64,000 nt of DNA, from positions 31,000,001 to 31,064,000 of the forward strand of contig OX597826.1 in assembly GCA_951406725.2 (NCBI GenBank). The letters are read 5' to 3'. The DNA is from Octopus vulgaris (Eukaryota). The notes below the pieces were generated by a model. That model did not search any database and was not told the DNA's origin. It saw nothing but the letters and a program-made list of their open reading frames with translations. Of this stretch, positions 27,409 to 42,127 are shown piece after piece. Numbering within the stretch: position 1 is the first letter of the stretch; every line of letters begins with the position of its first letter. The position numbers were made by a program, and so were the translations under genes.

Positions 27409-27509
27409 TTGTGCGTTCTATTATGATGATAATTTTACATTAACCTGATGGGTTTCTTTATACATTTGTAGAGCGCGACTTATTCTTGAACACGCGAATA
27501 TATATATAT

Positions 27510-27616
<107 letters not shown>

Positions 27617-28249
27617 AGGTATAGATATATACATGCATGCATACATAGACGTGAGAGTGTGTGTACGTATGTATATGACACATACCTGTGTATGCGCGTG
27701 TCTGGTTATCTATGCGTGTGTATACGTGTTTGTATGTATGTTTGTTAATGTGTGTGTGTGTGCGTAGCATACTTGGGCAGTGAGAAAAATAGCGAAATTG
27801 CCAATATATTACGATATCATCAAATGTTTGAATACATATCTATACATAATGCATACATAATGAGATCCATAATAAAATCATAATGCATATATGTGCATGT
27901 ATGCATAATATGCATATTTATATGTGCATGAATGTGTATATGCGCATACTGCAGGCATTTGTACATGTGTGAATATGTATTTCTTTGTATGCATCAATAT
28001 CTTATGGAAAAGTATATATTCATTATGTCTGTCGACGTATGTGAGTATGAGTGTATGTATGTATGTATATTTTGATCTTTATATATATATATATACATGC
28101 ATATATATGTATATATATATATACACTTATATATATAGATGCATATATATATATGTATGTATATATATATACAAATATATATAAATACATACACATATAT
28201 ATACGTACATATATATATACATCATATATACATATATATACATATATTT

Positions 28250-28301
<52 letters not shown>

Positions 28302-29274
28302 ATTCAATGAATATTTCAATGAATGAAAAGTGAACAGGAGTCATACGTATACGCACACACATCTATGTATGTATTTATGTATGTATGTATGTATTTGTTT
28401 ACGAATATATATATATATGTATATATGCATCACTGTATCTTTGTAATTATGTATCAATAAATGAATGTTTGCATGAATGCGAGAATGCAATTGTTTGTAT
28501 GAGTGACTGTGTGTCTATGATTGTGTATATAAATGAATACATATGTATGTGCACATACGATGGAATATGTCGGTGTATAGAATGTATGCATGTGTGTATG
28601 TATGTGTTTGTATGTATGCGTGGTGGGGTGTTTGTACTTTGCATTTCTTTAGCGTTATTATTCAGTTGGTACAAGCTGCAGTCGTTGAGAACGTAGTTTC
28701 GAATTGAGATTGACGTAGATAAACTGGGTTACCTGAATACGTGTCACTGTTATTGAATATCTTTGGCAGACGACGGAAATAAATTATCAAGAATTTCCAC
28801 AGAAAAAATGGATAAATAAATAAATAAGTTGATTGAAATAAAAACTAAAAAGAGAAAGCAAACTGAAACAAATATAAAAGAAAATATTAAAATATACTGC
28901 AGAACGGAAAAATATGATAATGGGGACAGTAAAAAAAAAAGACTGAGAGAAAGTGTATGGAATGAGAAATGAAGAAATGGAGGAAATGAGAGAATGGGAG
29001 AATGAAGGGATGAGAGAATAGAGGGTAAGGAAAAATGGAAGAAATGAAAGAAGAATGGTGAGAATGAGAGAATGAAGGAAGTTAAGGAATAGAGAGAATG
29101 AGATAATAACAAGAATGAAAGAACGGAGCGACTAAAAGACTGGAGTAAATGAAGGAGTGGATGGAACGAGGGAATAAACGAAGTGAGAGTATGAGAGAAT
29201 GAAGCAAATTAAGGGACAGTGGGAACGAGAGAATGGAGCGAATAAAAGAATGAAAATAAAAGAATAAAAGAATG

Positions 29275-29605
29275 AAAATCAAAGAAAAAAAAGATAACTA
29301 CGTGCAACTGCTTCGAAACCTCTAGCTTCTATCCCCAGATTATAGATTCACATTTATACCAATAATATCTGGTACACTTGGCTTTGTGAGTAAACGCTTG
29401 AGTGACAATCTGGATAAACGAGGACAGTTAGTAAAAGAATTCAACCAGTCAACGCGTACATTACAAATACAACCTGTAAGGGGAACAGTAAATGTATGCA
29501 AGGGATTTCTTAAATTTAAAGTATTTGCATTTGTTATCAGCATTCCAACGATGGAATTTTATTTCTTTGTTAGAAACCAGTTCCTTCCTCAGATATAAAA
29601 TACAT
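29275..29605 (+). mobile_element. Decayed 3' end of an R4/Dong-like LINE (restriction-like endonuclease C-terminus plus 3' UTR)
   Basis: Pseudo-translation KIKEK.DNYVQLLRNL*LL/PDYRFTFIPIISGTLGFVSKRLSDNLDK...LQIQPVRGTVNVCKGFLKF, with a stop and frameshift, resembles the C-terminus of R2-superfamily REL retrotransposons; it ends at a microsatellite. Family assignment is from recall, not a search. Confidence 0.7.
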
Positions 29606-29613
29606 ACATAAAG

Positions 29614-29649
<36 letters not shown>

Positions 29650-29743
29650 GTGTGTGTGTGTGCGTGTGTGTGTGTGTGTATTAGACAGAATGAGATAATA
29701 AATCCAAGGCTGTGAGGAGTTTTCATGACATTTATAATGAAAT

Positions 29744-29793
29744 AGTCTTACAGCTGTTTCTGGGATATTACGGATATCCCTTCATCAGAGACC
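29744..29793 (-). ncRNA. Type I hammerhead ribozyme, intact core, PLE-like
   Basis: GGUCU CUGAUGA a GGGAUAU ccgua AUAUCCC a GAAA CAGCUG UA AGACU: stem I GUCU/AGAC, 7-bp stem II, palindromic stem III. Confidence 0.88.
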
Positions 29794-29862
29794 ACACATA
29801 CACACACACACATACACACACGCGCTAGCGCGCGCATATACATATATATATATATATATATG

Positions 29863-29915
<53 letters not shown>

Positions 29916-31075
29916 TGATGAGGAAAAGAAAGAAATTTGATAGAGTGTGGGAACGAATAAATGCCGAAAAGAAACGAGCATAAGAAAAGTTGAAAAAAGA
30001 CAGAAACAATACAAAAAAGGAGGAAAGAGATAGACAAACAGGAAGAGACAAACAGACAGACCCACAACACACACACACACCTTACGCACGCGCGGCCATA
30101 CACATATAGGAAGATAAAAATGAAAGAATGACAAAGAAAAATAGATGAAAGAGCGGTTAAAAGTAAAAAAAAAAGAAGCTACAGGCATGGTCACAGGCAC
30201 AGCCATGGCTCTGTGGTTAAGAAGATTACTTTGCAACTATGTGATTTCTGGTTCAAACCCACTACGAGGCACCTTGAGCAAGTGTCTTCTACAATAAGCT
30301 CAGATTGATCACCGCCTTTTAAGCGGATTTGGTAGACAGAAACCGTGTAGATTAGGTCGATTGAATCCTTCAAGCTGGTGCTCCAGCATGGCCGCAATCC
30401 AATAACTGAAACAAATAAAAAAGTAAAGGGTAAATGAAGAGAGAGAGGGGATGCTTGGAAGGAAAGAGGAAAGAGATAGAAAGACAGGAAGATACACAGA
30501 CAGACAGGAAAATACACACGCACAGAGATAGGGAGGTTGACAGGAAGACATACAGACAGACAGGAAGACACACACGCATGCGCAGAGACTGACTGGGAAA
30601 CAGAGAGACAGGAAAGTCAGGGAATAAAAATGAATGAAGGAGAAAAGCTTGAAAGAAGAAGAAATTGCAAATTTCAAAGGTAAAAGCTAAAGCGAAGGAA
30701 TAATTAATTGGAAGAATAAGGAAACAGGGAAGGAATGAAATGAAGGAAGAACGAGTAAAAGAAGAATTAACGTGTAAAAGAAGAGGAAGAACGTAAAAGA
30801 GAAAAAAGAAAGAGGAGAGAATAAGGGAGAAGGGGAGGGGAAAGGTGATTGTAAGATAGCACGAGAGAAGAATGAGTGGGAAAAAAGAAAGGAAGGGGTA
30901 AAGTGAAAGAAAGAAAGGAAGAAGTTTAATAGCTTCTTTTTCAAAAAGAAATCTTTTTGTTGCGGGAAGGAAAGGAGTCGTGCCTTTGCAAAAACTTATT
31001 TATTATTCATAGAATTATGGAAGATGGAAGACATAAATTATTTCGTGATTGCTGTTGTTGTTGCTGTTACTCTTG

Positions 31076-31121
<46 letters not shown>

Positions 31122-31323
31122 CAGTAGTAGTAGTAGTGAAAGTGGAAGTGGTAGTGGTGGTGGTATTTGATTTGTTTGTGTTGTTGTTTTTGTTGCTGTT
31201 GTTATTGTTGTTGTTAGGTTCATTTGGCATTTTCCTTTGGGCTTCCATCTTTGTTCCACAACATATTTCAAACTAACCCCACCTTCTGTGATAGTGACAC
31301 TGAACTGAGATATTTTATAGCAA

Positions 31324-31406
<83 letters not shown>

Positions 31407-31433
31407 ATAGTAGTAGTAGTGGTGGTGGTGGTG

Positions 31434-31548
<115 letters not shown>

Positions 31549-32080
31549 GTATTGTTGTTCTGGTTTAGCCTCAGATCGACCCTCACAACCGACTCATGGC
31601 AAAAAAAGGTATTGTTTTCCAATCGTGGCCGTCCTATTGATTTCAGGACCACATGTTTACCAAATGCGTGCGTCCTTTTAAGACTGTACAGAGTAATTTG
31701 AGGACAGTTTAGCTGTTAGATTTTGCAAGTCTAGCAACCACTTTGAGTCCCCCCCCCCCTGAGTGGTGGTGAAGTGTCTTGTTTCGCTCTGTGACGCGGT
31801 GTGTTGTGTCGCTATGTTGGTTTAATATCGAATGTACAGGCCGTAGTATATTGTAGTATGTAATATTCTAATGTCAAATTCTAATATTGTAGTATGTAAT
31901 ATTCTAATGTCAAAAATTTATTTCCAAGCATAGCATAGTCTATCTAGAAACACTCGTAATCTGTCTTTTATGTTTAAAAGGCGTTGGGACGTAAAATTAA
32001 AGAGATTTCTAATAGAGCAATTGACCACCACTCAGTTGGATTGCCTTATGTAGTACATTAGTTTCAAACGATCAGATTGC

Positions 32081-32142
<62 letters not shown>

Positions 32143-33084
32143 ATGGTGGTGGTGATGGTGGTGATGGTGGTGGTGTCATAAAAATATTCAGTATACTTCC
32201 TAAATTTTGGCACGTGGCCTGCAATTTTGAAGAGAAGGGTCAGGTCGGTTACATCGACCACAGTACTTGACTGTTGCTTATTTTATCGTGCCCGAAAGGA
32301 TGAAAAATGTAAAGATGACAACGGCGGGATTTGAACTCAAAACGTAAAGAGCCAGAAGAAATACTGCTACACGGAGACATCGAGAGTCTGCCAGCTCGCC
32401 GCCATATACAAGCCTTTTACACAGGTACAAGCGTGGCTGCGTGGTAAGAAGATAGCTTCCAAACCATGTGATCTTTGGTTCAGTCCTACTGCGTGGCTCC
32501 TCAGAGCTATTGTCTTTCATTATAGCCATTATATACCAACTAAAGCCATGTGGGTGGATTTCATGGACAGAAATTGATAAACGCCCGTATACCTGTATAT
32601 ACATATGTGTATCTGTATATGTATGTGCGTGCGTATATAATGTATGCATGTCTGTGTGGTAAGAAGCTTGCTTTCCAACCAAGCCTTGTGAATGGATTCG
32701 TTAGACGGAAACTGAAAGAAGCCCGTCGTATGTGGGTGTGTGTGGGTGTGTGTGGCTGTGTGTGGGTGTGTGTGTGTGTGTGTGTGTCTTTGTATGTGTA
32801 TATGTGTCTGTATTTATGTGTGTCTTTGTGTCTGTTTGTTCCCAATCATCATTTGACAACCGATTTTGGTGTGTTTACGTCCCCGTTATATAGCGGTTCG
32901 GCATAAGAAACCGATACAATAAGTACTAGGCTTACAAAGAATAAGTCCTAGGGTTGATTTGCTCGACTAAAAGTCCAGCGTGGTCGCTATCAAATGATTG
33001 AAACACGGAAAAGAGTAAAAGATATATATCTCTGTGTGTGTGCGTGTGTGTGTGTGTGTGTGTATCTATCTGTCTGTCCGTCTG

Positions 33085-33126
<42 letters not shown>

Positions 33127-33247
33127 ATATATCTACTTATCTATCTATTTGTCTATCTATCTGTCTGTCTACCTGTCTGTCTATGTGCCTGTCTATCTAT
33201 CAGTTTGTCTGTCTATTTATTTATTTATCTGTCTGTCTATTTATTTG

Positions 33248-33285
<38 letters not shown>

Positions 33286-33615
33286 CATCTATCTGCCTGT
33301 CTGTCTGACTGTCTGTCTGTCTATCTGTGTGTGTCTCCCACTACAGCTTGCCAATCGATGTTAGTTTCTTTACTTAGTGGTTCTTTACTTAGTGATTCAG
33401 CCAAAAGATTAATAGAATAATTAACAGACGGTGCCCCAGCATGGCCACAGCTCGTGAGCTGAAACTAGATAAAGTTAAAGATAAAGAAGTCTTTAAAATA
33501 ATTACTAGTTTTCGACTAAACCAGTGCTCCAGGATGGCCGCAATCTAATGACTGAAACAAGTAAAAGATAAAAGATTTTAAAAAGATATCAACACTATTA
33601 ATATATTAAATACTT

Positions 33616-33857
33616 AATATATTGATTTCGTTATTGCCCACAGGGGGGCTAAACATAGAGGAAACATAAGGACAGACAAAGGGATTAAGTCGATTACTTC
33701 ACCCCCAGTAATAAGTAACTGGTACTTATTTAATCGACCTCGAAAGGATGAAAGGCAAAGTCGACCTCGGCAGAATTTGAACTCAGAACGTAAAGACAGA
33801 CGAAATACCGCTAAGCATTTCGCCCGGTGTGCTAGCGATTCTGCCAGCTCGCCGCCC
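33616..33857 (-). mobile_element. Full-length SINE family A with 18-bp TSD
   Basis: TTAATATATTAAATACTT at 33598-33615 and 33858-33875. Confidence 0.92.
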
Positions 33858-33932
33858 TTAATATATTAAATACTTTGCTCATTAGGATTAATTAAGTCGG
33901 TCCCGGAAATCCTGAAGCGTTGGCGTTAGAGC

Positions 33933-33972
<40 letters not shown>

Positions 33973-34020
33973 GGGAGAGAGAGGGGAAGAAAGAGGGAGA
34001 GAGAGAAAGATAGAGAGAGT

Positions 34021-34064
<44 letters not shown>

Positions 34065-34065
34065 C

Positions 34066-34138
<73 letters not shown>

Positions 34139-34624
34139 CAGGTAGATAGACAGACAAATAGATGGAAGGACGGACGGTTGAATGGACAGGCAGACAGACA
34201 GAAGACAGACAAAAAGAGAGGCAAACTGACAGATAAACAGACAGAATTACGTACGGATAGATGGATAGAGGGTCGGTGGTTGGATATGTACTAGATACAC
34301 ATGCGCATTTAGATAGATTGATATATCATCGTAGATCGAAATATTTTTTCTCTCGAAGAGTTCAATACATAATTTGGAATTCAGTATAATGCCCATACAA
34401 ATGTAAAATCACGAATAAATCATACAAAGCAGATATGTCTATACATTACCGCTCTCCGGGACATAAGTTTGATTCAGTGTTTGCGGATGCATCACATAAG
34501 CCGGAAAGAAGATAAAAATGAATTTTAGTATACAATTTTAGTACAGTATACAAGGTCACCGTACCTCGATATAAAGCAAGCGGAACAAACGTGGAAAACG
34601 GAACAAACGCATGTATGTATGTAA

Positions 34625-34692
<68 letters not shown>

Positions 34693-35722
34693 GTGTATAT
34701 ATATATACATATATGTACGTATATATATATGTGTGTGTGTGTATATATATACATTTCTATATATATACATACATAAGTATACACATACACACGTATACGT
34801 TTGTATATATAAATAGATCATATACTCAACTATGTGTGTGTGTGTGTGTGTATGTGTGTGTCTGTGTGTGTGTGTGTTTGCGTGCGTATGCATAAAGTCA
34901 AAGCGAGAAAACAATCTCGTTCTGTCGCTTAATGGAATTACTTTGAAATTAGTGTTGGGAATACGCTACCGTAATTAGACTTTGTGTATTCTTAATGTAG
35001 CGGTGTCGGTAGCGGCGGTAGTGGTGGTGGTGGTGGTGGTGGTGGTGGTGGTGGTGGTGGTGGTGGTGGTGGTGGTGGTGTCATGACGGTGACGAGTATT
35101 CAGGCAGTGCAAATATGGCGGTGGTTCGGGTGACTGTGGAGTATGTATGCGGATTTTGCGTATATATATATATATATATATGGATGATGTATGGATGTAT
35201 GCATATCTGTATGCATACTTGTGTGTTTGAATGTACTTATATATATAGGTATGTGTGTGTGTGTGTCTGTGTGTGTTTGTGTGTGTGTGTCTCTTTTTAC
35301 GAATATGTGTATCTTCTTTAATAGCTTGATTCTAAATGAAATGAACGTCGTGCTTTGCTTGTATGTAACATATGTACAGTTGTTTTTTATTTTTATGTAT
35401 TTAAGCTTCGATGTATATGTGTATATATGGGTGTAATTATGTATATGTGTCTGTGTGTGTGCATGTATATATATATATAGATAGATATAGATATAGATAT
35501 GCATGCATGTGTCTATGAATGTATGCATGTATATGCATGTACTATCCATACGAAGAGAGTTTAGTACGTCTGCACTAATAGAAGTAAATGAAATAAAAAA
35601 TTATTCGCTGCCATTTTTCTGATTGTGGAAGAAATATAAACAATAAAGAATAAAAATTAGAGATAGACTAACAAATAACATCTCACCCTCTCTCTTTCTC
35701 TCTCTCTGTCTTTCTCTCTCTT

Positions 35723-35799
<77 letters not shown>

Positions 35800-36689
35800 T
35801 TCTCTCTCTCTCTGTCTCTCTTTTTGTCACTCCATCTCTCTATATCTCTTTCTTCGTCCCTGTCATTCTCTCCTTCTCTATTTATCTCTCTATCGAGTTA
35901 TCTCCCATTGATTTCCATCCTCTTACTATACCTCCTATCACTTTGGTCTCCAGTCACCTCACGCTCCAATATGGCTGTGTTTCACTTAAATTACGCTTTC
36001 ACCAGCACTATTTCTCTTCCTCCATTTTACTCTGTCTCTCTTTATTCCTATCTGTCTCTGTTTTTCTGTGTCACAGTATAAGCCTCTCTCTCTCCCCTCT
36101 CCCCCTCTCTCTCTCTCTCCCCTCTCCCCCCTCTCTCTCTCTCTCTTTCTCTCTCTTTTCTCCTTATATTCATATATAAATACATATACTGTATAGACAC
36201 ACATTCATATTTACATACATATCTACAAACACAGATACCCACATACACGAAACAAACTTACATGCTAGTATGCAAACACACCTTTACATGTACATCCACA
36301 CAGACATGTACAGAGGCATCCAAAACATGTACACATATAAACACACACGTGCAGATGCAAATATACAGATACATGCATTCACACGCACACACACTCACTC
36401 ACACACACACACACAAAGTATCTTACAGATTTTCACTGAATGTTTTACTTTCCACCATTTTAACAGTCGCAAATTTCTTGCGCTACCCCACTCTCACCCA
36501 TTCTTTCTTCCCTCTCTCGCGTTCCCGTCTTTCATTCCCTCTTTCTCACACTCCTCTGTCTTTCTTTCTCCCTTTCTCTTTCTCTCTCACTCTTCCTCAC
36601 TCTTTCACACACACATACATTGACTTGTTCTTTACATATTTTCTCTTAATATCTCTTCTCATATATATATAGTTTATATATATATATAG

Positions 36690-36748
<59 letters not shown>

Positions 36749-36755
36749 TATATGA

Positions 36756-37064
36756 GTACAAGACGTCAGCAACAGTAAACAACATGAAATACAAAAAACA
36801 AATGAGTTAAATACGCAAGTAGCGAGAGAAAAAAGTGAAAACAAGACACGTAATACAAAGATACAAAGAATGTTCCTTCATCAGTTGTCGGTTGTCTATC
36901 TGCTCGATATAGGGAGTAAATACACAGCCGACAACTGATGAAGGGTCATTCTTTGTATTCTTTGTATTACGTGTCTTGTTTTCCATTTTTTTCTCTCGCT
37001 ATTTGTGTATTTAACTCATTTGTTTTTGTATTTCATGTTGTTTACTATTGGTAACGTCCTGTAC
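36756..37064. repeat. Long imperfect palindrome (arms about 140 bp) between TA-rich microsatellites
   Basis: GTACAAGACGTCAGC...TTCATCAGTTGTCGG versus CCGACAACTGATGAA...AACGTCCTGTAC. Confidence 0.92.
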
Positions 37065-37149
37065 ACATATATGCATATATATATAAACTAATACATCTGT
37101 TTGTTGTTTACACACCCGTCTTCGTTTTGTAAATTCTCCTATATATATA

Positions 37150-37560
37150 TTCTTACTCTTTACTCTTTTACTTGTTTCAGTCATTTGACTGCGGCCATGC
37201 TGGAGCACCGCCTTTAATCGAGCATCTCGACCCCGGGACTTATTCTTTGTAAGCCCAGTACTTATTCTGTTGGTCTCTTTTTGCCGAACCGCTAAGTGAC
37301 GGGGACATAAACACACCAGCATCGATTGTCAAGCAATGCTAAGGGGACAAACACAGACACACAAACACACACACATACATATATATATACATATATACGA
37401 CGGGCTTCTTTCAGTTTCCGTCTACCAAATCCACTCACAAGGCTTTGGTCGGCCGGAGGCTATAGTAGAAGGCACTTGCCCAAGGTGCCACGCAGTGGGA
37501 CTGAACCCGGAACCATGTGGTTGGTAAACAAGCTACTTACCACACAGCCACTCCTGCGCC
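37150..37560 (-). mobile_element. Full-length SINE family C (tRNA head, CORE-like segment, internal microsatellite). Other copies: 17059-17220, 30196-30425, 32425-33020, 33325-33575 (+); 52940-52990, 63617-63725 (-)
   Basis: Head GGCGCAGGAGTGGCTGTGTGGTAAG, GGTTCAGTCCC, CACCTTGGGCAAGTG.CTTCTACTATAGCC; 3' end GCAGTCAAATGACTGAAACAAGTAAAAGA. Confidence 0.88.
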
Positions 37561-37736
37561 TATATATATTATTATTATTATTATTATTTAATTGAACGCC
37601 ACGCATCCATTTCCAAGTAAATTTATCTTCACGTTTTTGATGCGACTCTACTCTATACTGTTTTCTCCTCACTCTCTCTAATTCCTTTTTTCTCTCTTTC
37701 ACCGTTTTCTATCTGTCTGTCTCTCTCTCCCTTTTG

Positions 37737-37770
<34 letters not shown>

Positions 37771-39508
37771 TTTGTTTTCTCTCTCTCTCTCTCTCTCTCT
37801 CTCCCTTTTGTTTTCTCTCTCTCTCTCTCTCTCGTTGTTCACACGTGACCGTTGTCCATCTTTCTTTTCTTCACGTGACCATCTTTATTTGCTGCGTGGA
37901 CGTTCTAAAGACTGGGCGTCTTCTCTCTCTCTCTTCTATCCTTTCTCTTTTCAAAGAAAATATTTCTCGCAGCGTTCACTATTTTCCCCTCATTCGTGTC
38001 TAACGAGGCTCCATGTTTGTTTTCGTTCGCTTTCTCTGTACGTCTACACTGTCCTGTCTTTGTTCCTAACTTTGAGCCTCCATAAATCCAAAATTGTATT
38101 TTGGTATTTATGGGAGCAACTGTTTTCGAAGACTCATATTGTCGTTGATTGATCGAAATGGGGGGGGGGGTGTAGATAGAAAGTCGACAACTGATGAAGG
38201 GTCGTTCTTTGTATTCTTTATATTACTTCTCTTGTTTTCCAATTTATATATATAGAAAGAAACTATTTGCCCCTTATGTTGACAAATGAAACATTTTATA
38301 AATAAAAGATATACACGTGAATAGAAATATAACACATATGCATACAAACACACACACATACACTCACATAGTTTTATGTATGTATGCATTTGCTTAACGT
38401 ATGCATATTTATTACAGAGAGGGAGAAATGATACTGATGGAGGGACTGAAAGGAAAGGTGTAGGACGAGGTGGAAAAGACGGAAGTGTAAGAAAGTGTGT
38501 TCAGCATGGGTGGTGGTGGTGGTGGTGACAACTGCGCTGGTGCGGCGACCGCGGTGGTGGCGACGGCTGCGGTGGTGGTGGCAGCGGTGATTTGAGTTGC
38601 GGTGGTAGTGGTGGTGGTGGTTATGGTGGTGGTGGTGGCAGCGGGGATTTTGAGTTGCGGTGGTGGTAGGAGGGTCGGCGGGGGCTCAGAATATTGATGA
38701 AATAATAATATAAAGGCAAAGACGAAAAGGAAGAACAAGAACAACAGCATTACCAAAATGAAAGAGGAAGGAGAGAAAGAGAAATAGGACAAAAAAGATG
38801 GCGGCAGCGGTTGAGGTGAAAAAATATAAAAGACATGTCTGTTATTGCCGGTTTCCTCGGTCGATTGTTCATCCGTTGGTTATTTGTGAGGTTATATTGT
38901 AAAGCGGTTTGTGGCTGGTCTCTCTCTCTCTCTGTCTCTACCTTTTGTCTTTTGGTCAAATAATCACTGATGTGATTGCAATTTTAACGACTTCATAAAG
39001 AAATCTTGTGTAAATGAAGTCCGGAAAATACTCTGGCACGACCACGTGACATTAGCGTTTACTGTTATTGTCGAGGTTACTTTAAACAGAGCATAACAAA
39101 GCTTTTTACGGTTTAAAAGGTGAAGGAGAAGGAAAAAACATTGATATAACTACAACAACAACAACAACCACGCCGGCAATAACATCGGCAACATAAACTG
39201 TAACAACAACAGCAGCAGCAACAGTAATAACAACAAGAACAAGAACAGCAACAATAACAACATAGCAAGTAAACTAACCTGCAAAGCGGAAGCGGCGCAA
39301 CAGCAGTAAACAATAACAACAACAATGACTGCTGCTGCTACCACTACTACTACTACTACCACAACTGCTGCTGCTGTTGTTGCTACTACTACTACTATTA
39401 CTGCTGTTTCTGCTACTACTACTACTACCACAACTGCTGCTGTTGTTGCTACTACTGCTATTACTGCTGTTGCTGCTGTTGTTGTTGCTGTTACTACTAC
39501 TACTACGG

Positions 39509-39541
<33 letters not shown>

Positions 39542-39934
39542 ATACTGTAGCCGTAGCAGCAACAGAAATATCAACAGCAACTTTAACAACAACACCAACA
39601 GTAAAGAGGAAAAACACCTCCGAAAGAAAAAAATAATAACGATTACAACCCGATGCGTTTGCATGCTCTGCTAGAGATAGCAACCTGATGATATCTAACA
39701 TCTTAAATAAGGGAAGGGTGTAGTATAGTCACTATACTACGCTACTAATTTTTACATGGAACACATTGACAATGACGTCAAAGTTTACACTTACTCTCCA
39801 TGATCAACTAAGATCAGTCTGATGACGGTTGATAAACCGAAACTACGCAGAAATTAATGAATATGTAGAAATTAATGAATATGTACTGTACTAAAATGTA
39901 TTTAGTGAGCCTTCAGTTCAATGTCAAGAGACCA

Positions 39935-40647
39935 GGAAACTCTGCCAGAAATTTGAAAACGACATACTGCACTGCTTGGCATTCACGCCGGAAGCTCCAG
40001 TACGAACATTTCATAATGTTTGCGTATCAATCTCAGTACAGTGTAATCTAAGGACATGTACCGAGAGTGATAAAAATCAAACATCCAGTCAACATCATGG
40101 TGTTTGGAGTGATCACTAGTGGTGGTGACGTTCATCTTTACACACGACCTCAAACTCAACACGGAGCCCTACATCAAGTGCCTGGGTGAAGAGGATGGCT
40201 GCTGGATGCTCCTCTGTCTGGCAACAGGACTCTGCACCATGCCACGCAAGCAGGAAGACACAGTAATGGCTGTCAGAAAATCTTTGCGACCACATCAGCC
40301 CCAACATCTGGCCACCTAACACTGCAAACCCCTTGATTACTATGTGTGAGGTGCATTGAGTGAGAGACCAACAAAACTCTTTATAACTGCAAATATGAAC
40401 TGAAAGCAAGGATTATAGCAGCATTCACCAACTTAAATAAGGAGACCGTACAGGAGAGTTGCAGAAGATTGAGAAGTCGTCTGGAGGCCGTGGTTGAAGC
40501 AAATGGCGATTTTATTGAATAAATTTACTCTTTAGTATTTCGAGATATTTTTCTGTAATTTTGGTAAATATATCTGTTTCAATGAGATGTCAATGTTATT
40601 TTTTGATTCTTGCGTAATTTAGAACACAGTTTATTCATCGCACCCTG
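39935..40647 (+). mobile_element. Internally deleted, decayed Tc1/mariner transposon (DD37D/maT-like)
   Basis: Remnants KHPVNIMVFGVITS, WQQDSAPCHASRKTQ*WL, IWPPN..(C)KPLDYYV with stops and frameshifts; right end TTATTCATCGCACCCTG followed by TA/(TA)n. Confidence 0.85.
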
Positions 40648-40648
40648 T

Positions 40649-40716
<68 letters not shown>

Positions 40717-40902
40717 CATTAAATACTACAAAACGTACACGTAGGACAGGCACAGAAGAACCCTAATTCTTCATCAGTTATCGACCGAAAATGCTAATAC
40801 TCTTTTTCGTGCTTTTGACGATAAGACTTAGAACTTCGTATATCGGCTGCACCCAAAAGATTTGCGTTATAGACAGATAGAGAGACAGAGAGATATACGT
40901 GC

Positions 40903-40944
<42 letters not shown>

Positions 40945-41065
40945 GTAGTTCCCGGGTTGATACGGGGTTAACCACAGTAAGTAAGGTACTCAATACATAG
41001 CAGAGTAAAATTAATTTATTATATAGAAGGATACAGGACTAGTACTGTTTCATTCAAGAGAAATC

Positions 41066-41203
<138 letters not shown>

Positions 41204-41849
41204 TGTGTGTATAAAAATCCTAGATAGATAGATCATGCCGATGATGGCGTTTTAGATGGTGATGCCATTGGTGGAGAGTATGGGTGTTGGTAGTTAAACT
41301 AATTTTAATGTGACGGTGATGGTTTCATGCAGATATTAGGGAGGCGATATTGATGATGATGACGACGACGACGACGGCGGCGGCGGTGGTGGTGGCGGTG
41401 GTGGTGGTGGTGGTGGTGGTGGTGATCGTGGTGCATTCTTGTTTTCATGTCCTGTCAAAATTGCCGATGTTTGCATTCACGAAAAAAAAAACACAAAAAT
41501 AAAAGTTGAAAGGAATGAAATCAGAAGGGGAGGGGGAACAAGTCGCAGCGGGGTGGGGAGTGGATGTCCAATGATGACTGGATTTACCTTTTGTTTGTCT
41601 CGTTCTTTGATCTGATTTCATTTCACTTTTGTCATTATGTTTTTGTTGTTGTTGTTGATGTTTTCAATAGTCAAAGACTCTTATTATCAGAATGCGATAA
41701 CCAATTCTATAATTCTAAGATTCAGCAATTCCGTTATTCTAAGATATTTTGATTCGTTAATAGCTATTCCGAAACATGATTATGTAAAGACGAGAAGAAA
41801 ACAAGAATAAAATAACAAAAATAATAACAAGAACTACAATAATAATAAC

Positions 41850-41885
<36 letters not shown>

Positions 41886-42035
41886 TATAAATACTTAAAT
41901 AAATCAATAAATAAATTGTTTCTGTGACACTTTTGATGTCTAAAACATCAAACATGCTGCCATACTGTTGTTCTTGAGAAAAAAAGGCACCAAATTAAAG
42001 AAAATTGTATTTGAAAGAATATAAACACACACACA

Positions 42036-42127
<92 letters not shown>

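Noticed and set aside
29339-29474. Exon-like segment with splice-like signals on both strands
   Set aside because: Better explained as decayed Dong/R4 coding sequence that continues past both apparent splice sites.
31849-31915. Short tandem duplication (also 39849-39884, 37731-37830, 25720-25880)
   Set aside because: Ordinary slippage duplications with no further structure.
38963-39037. CUGAUGU...GACUUCAU/AUGAAGUC...GAAA possible hammerhead (similarly weak: 17261-17285, 29915-29975, 61495-61540)
   Set aside because: Core substitutions plus unpaired stem II base or stem III; not distinguishable from chance by eye.
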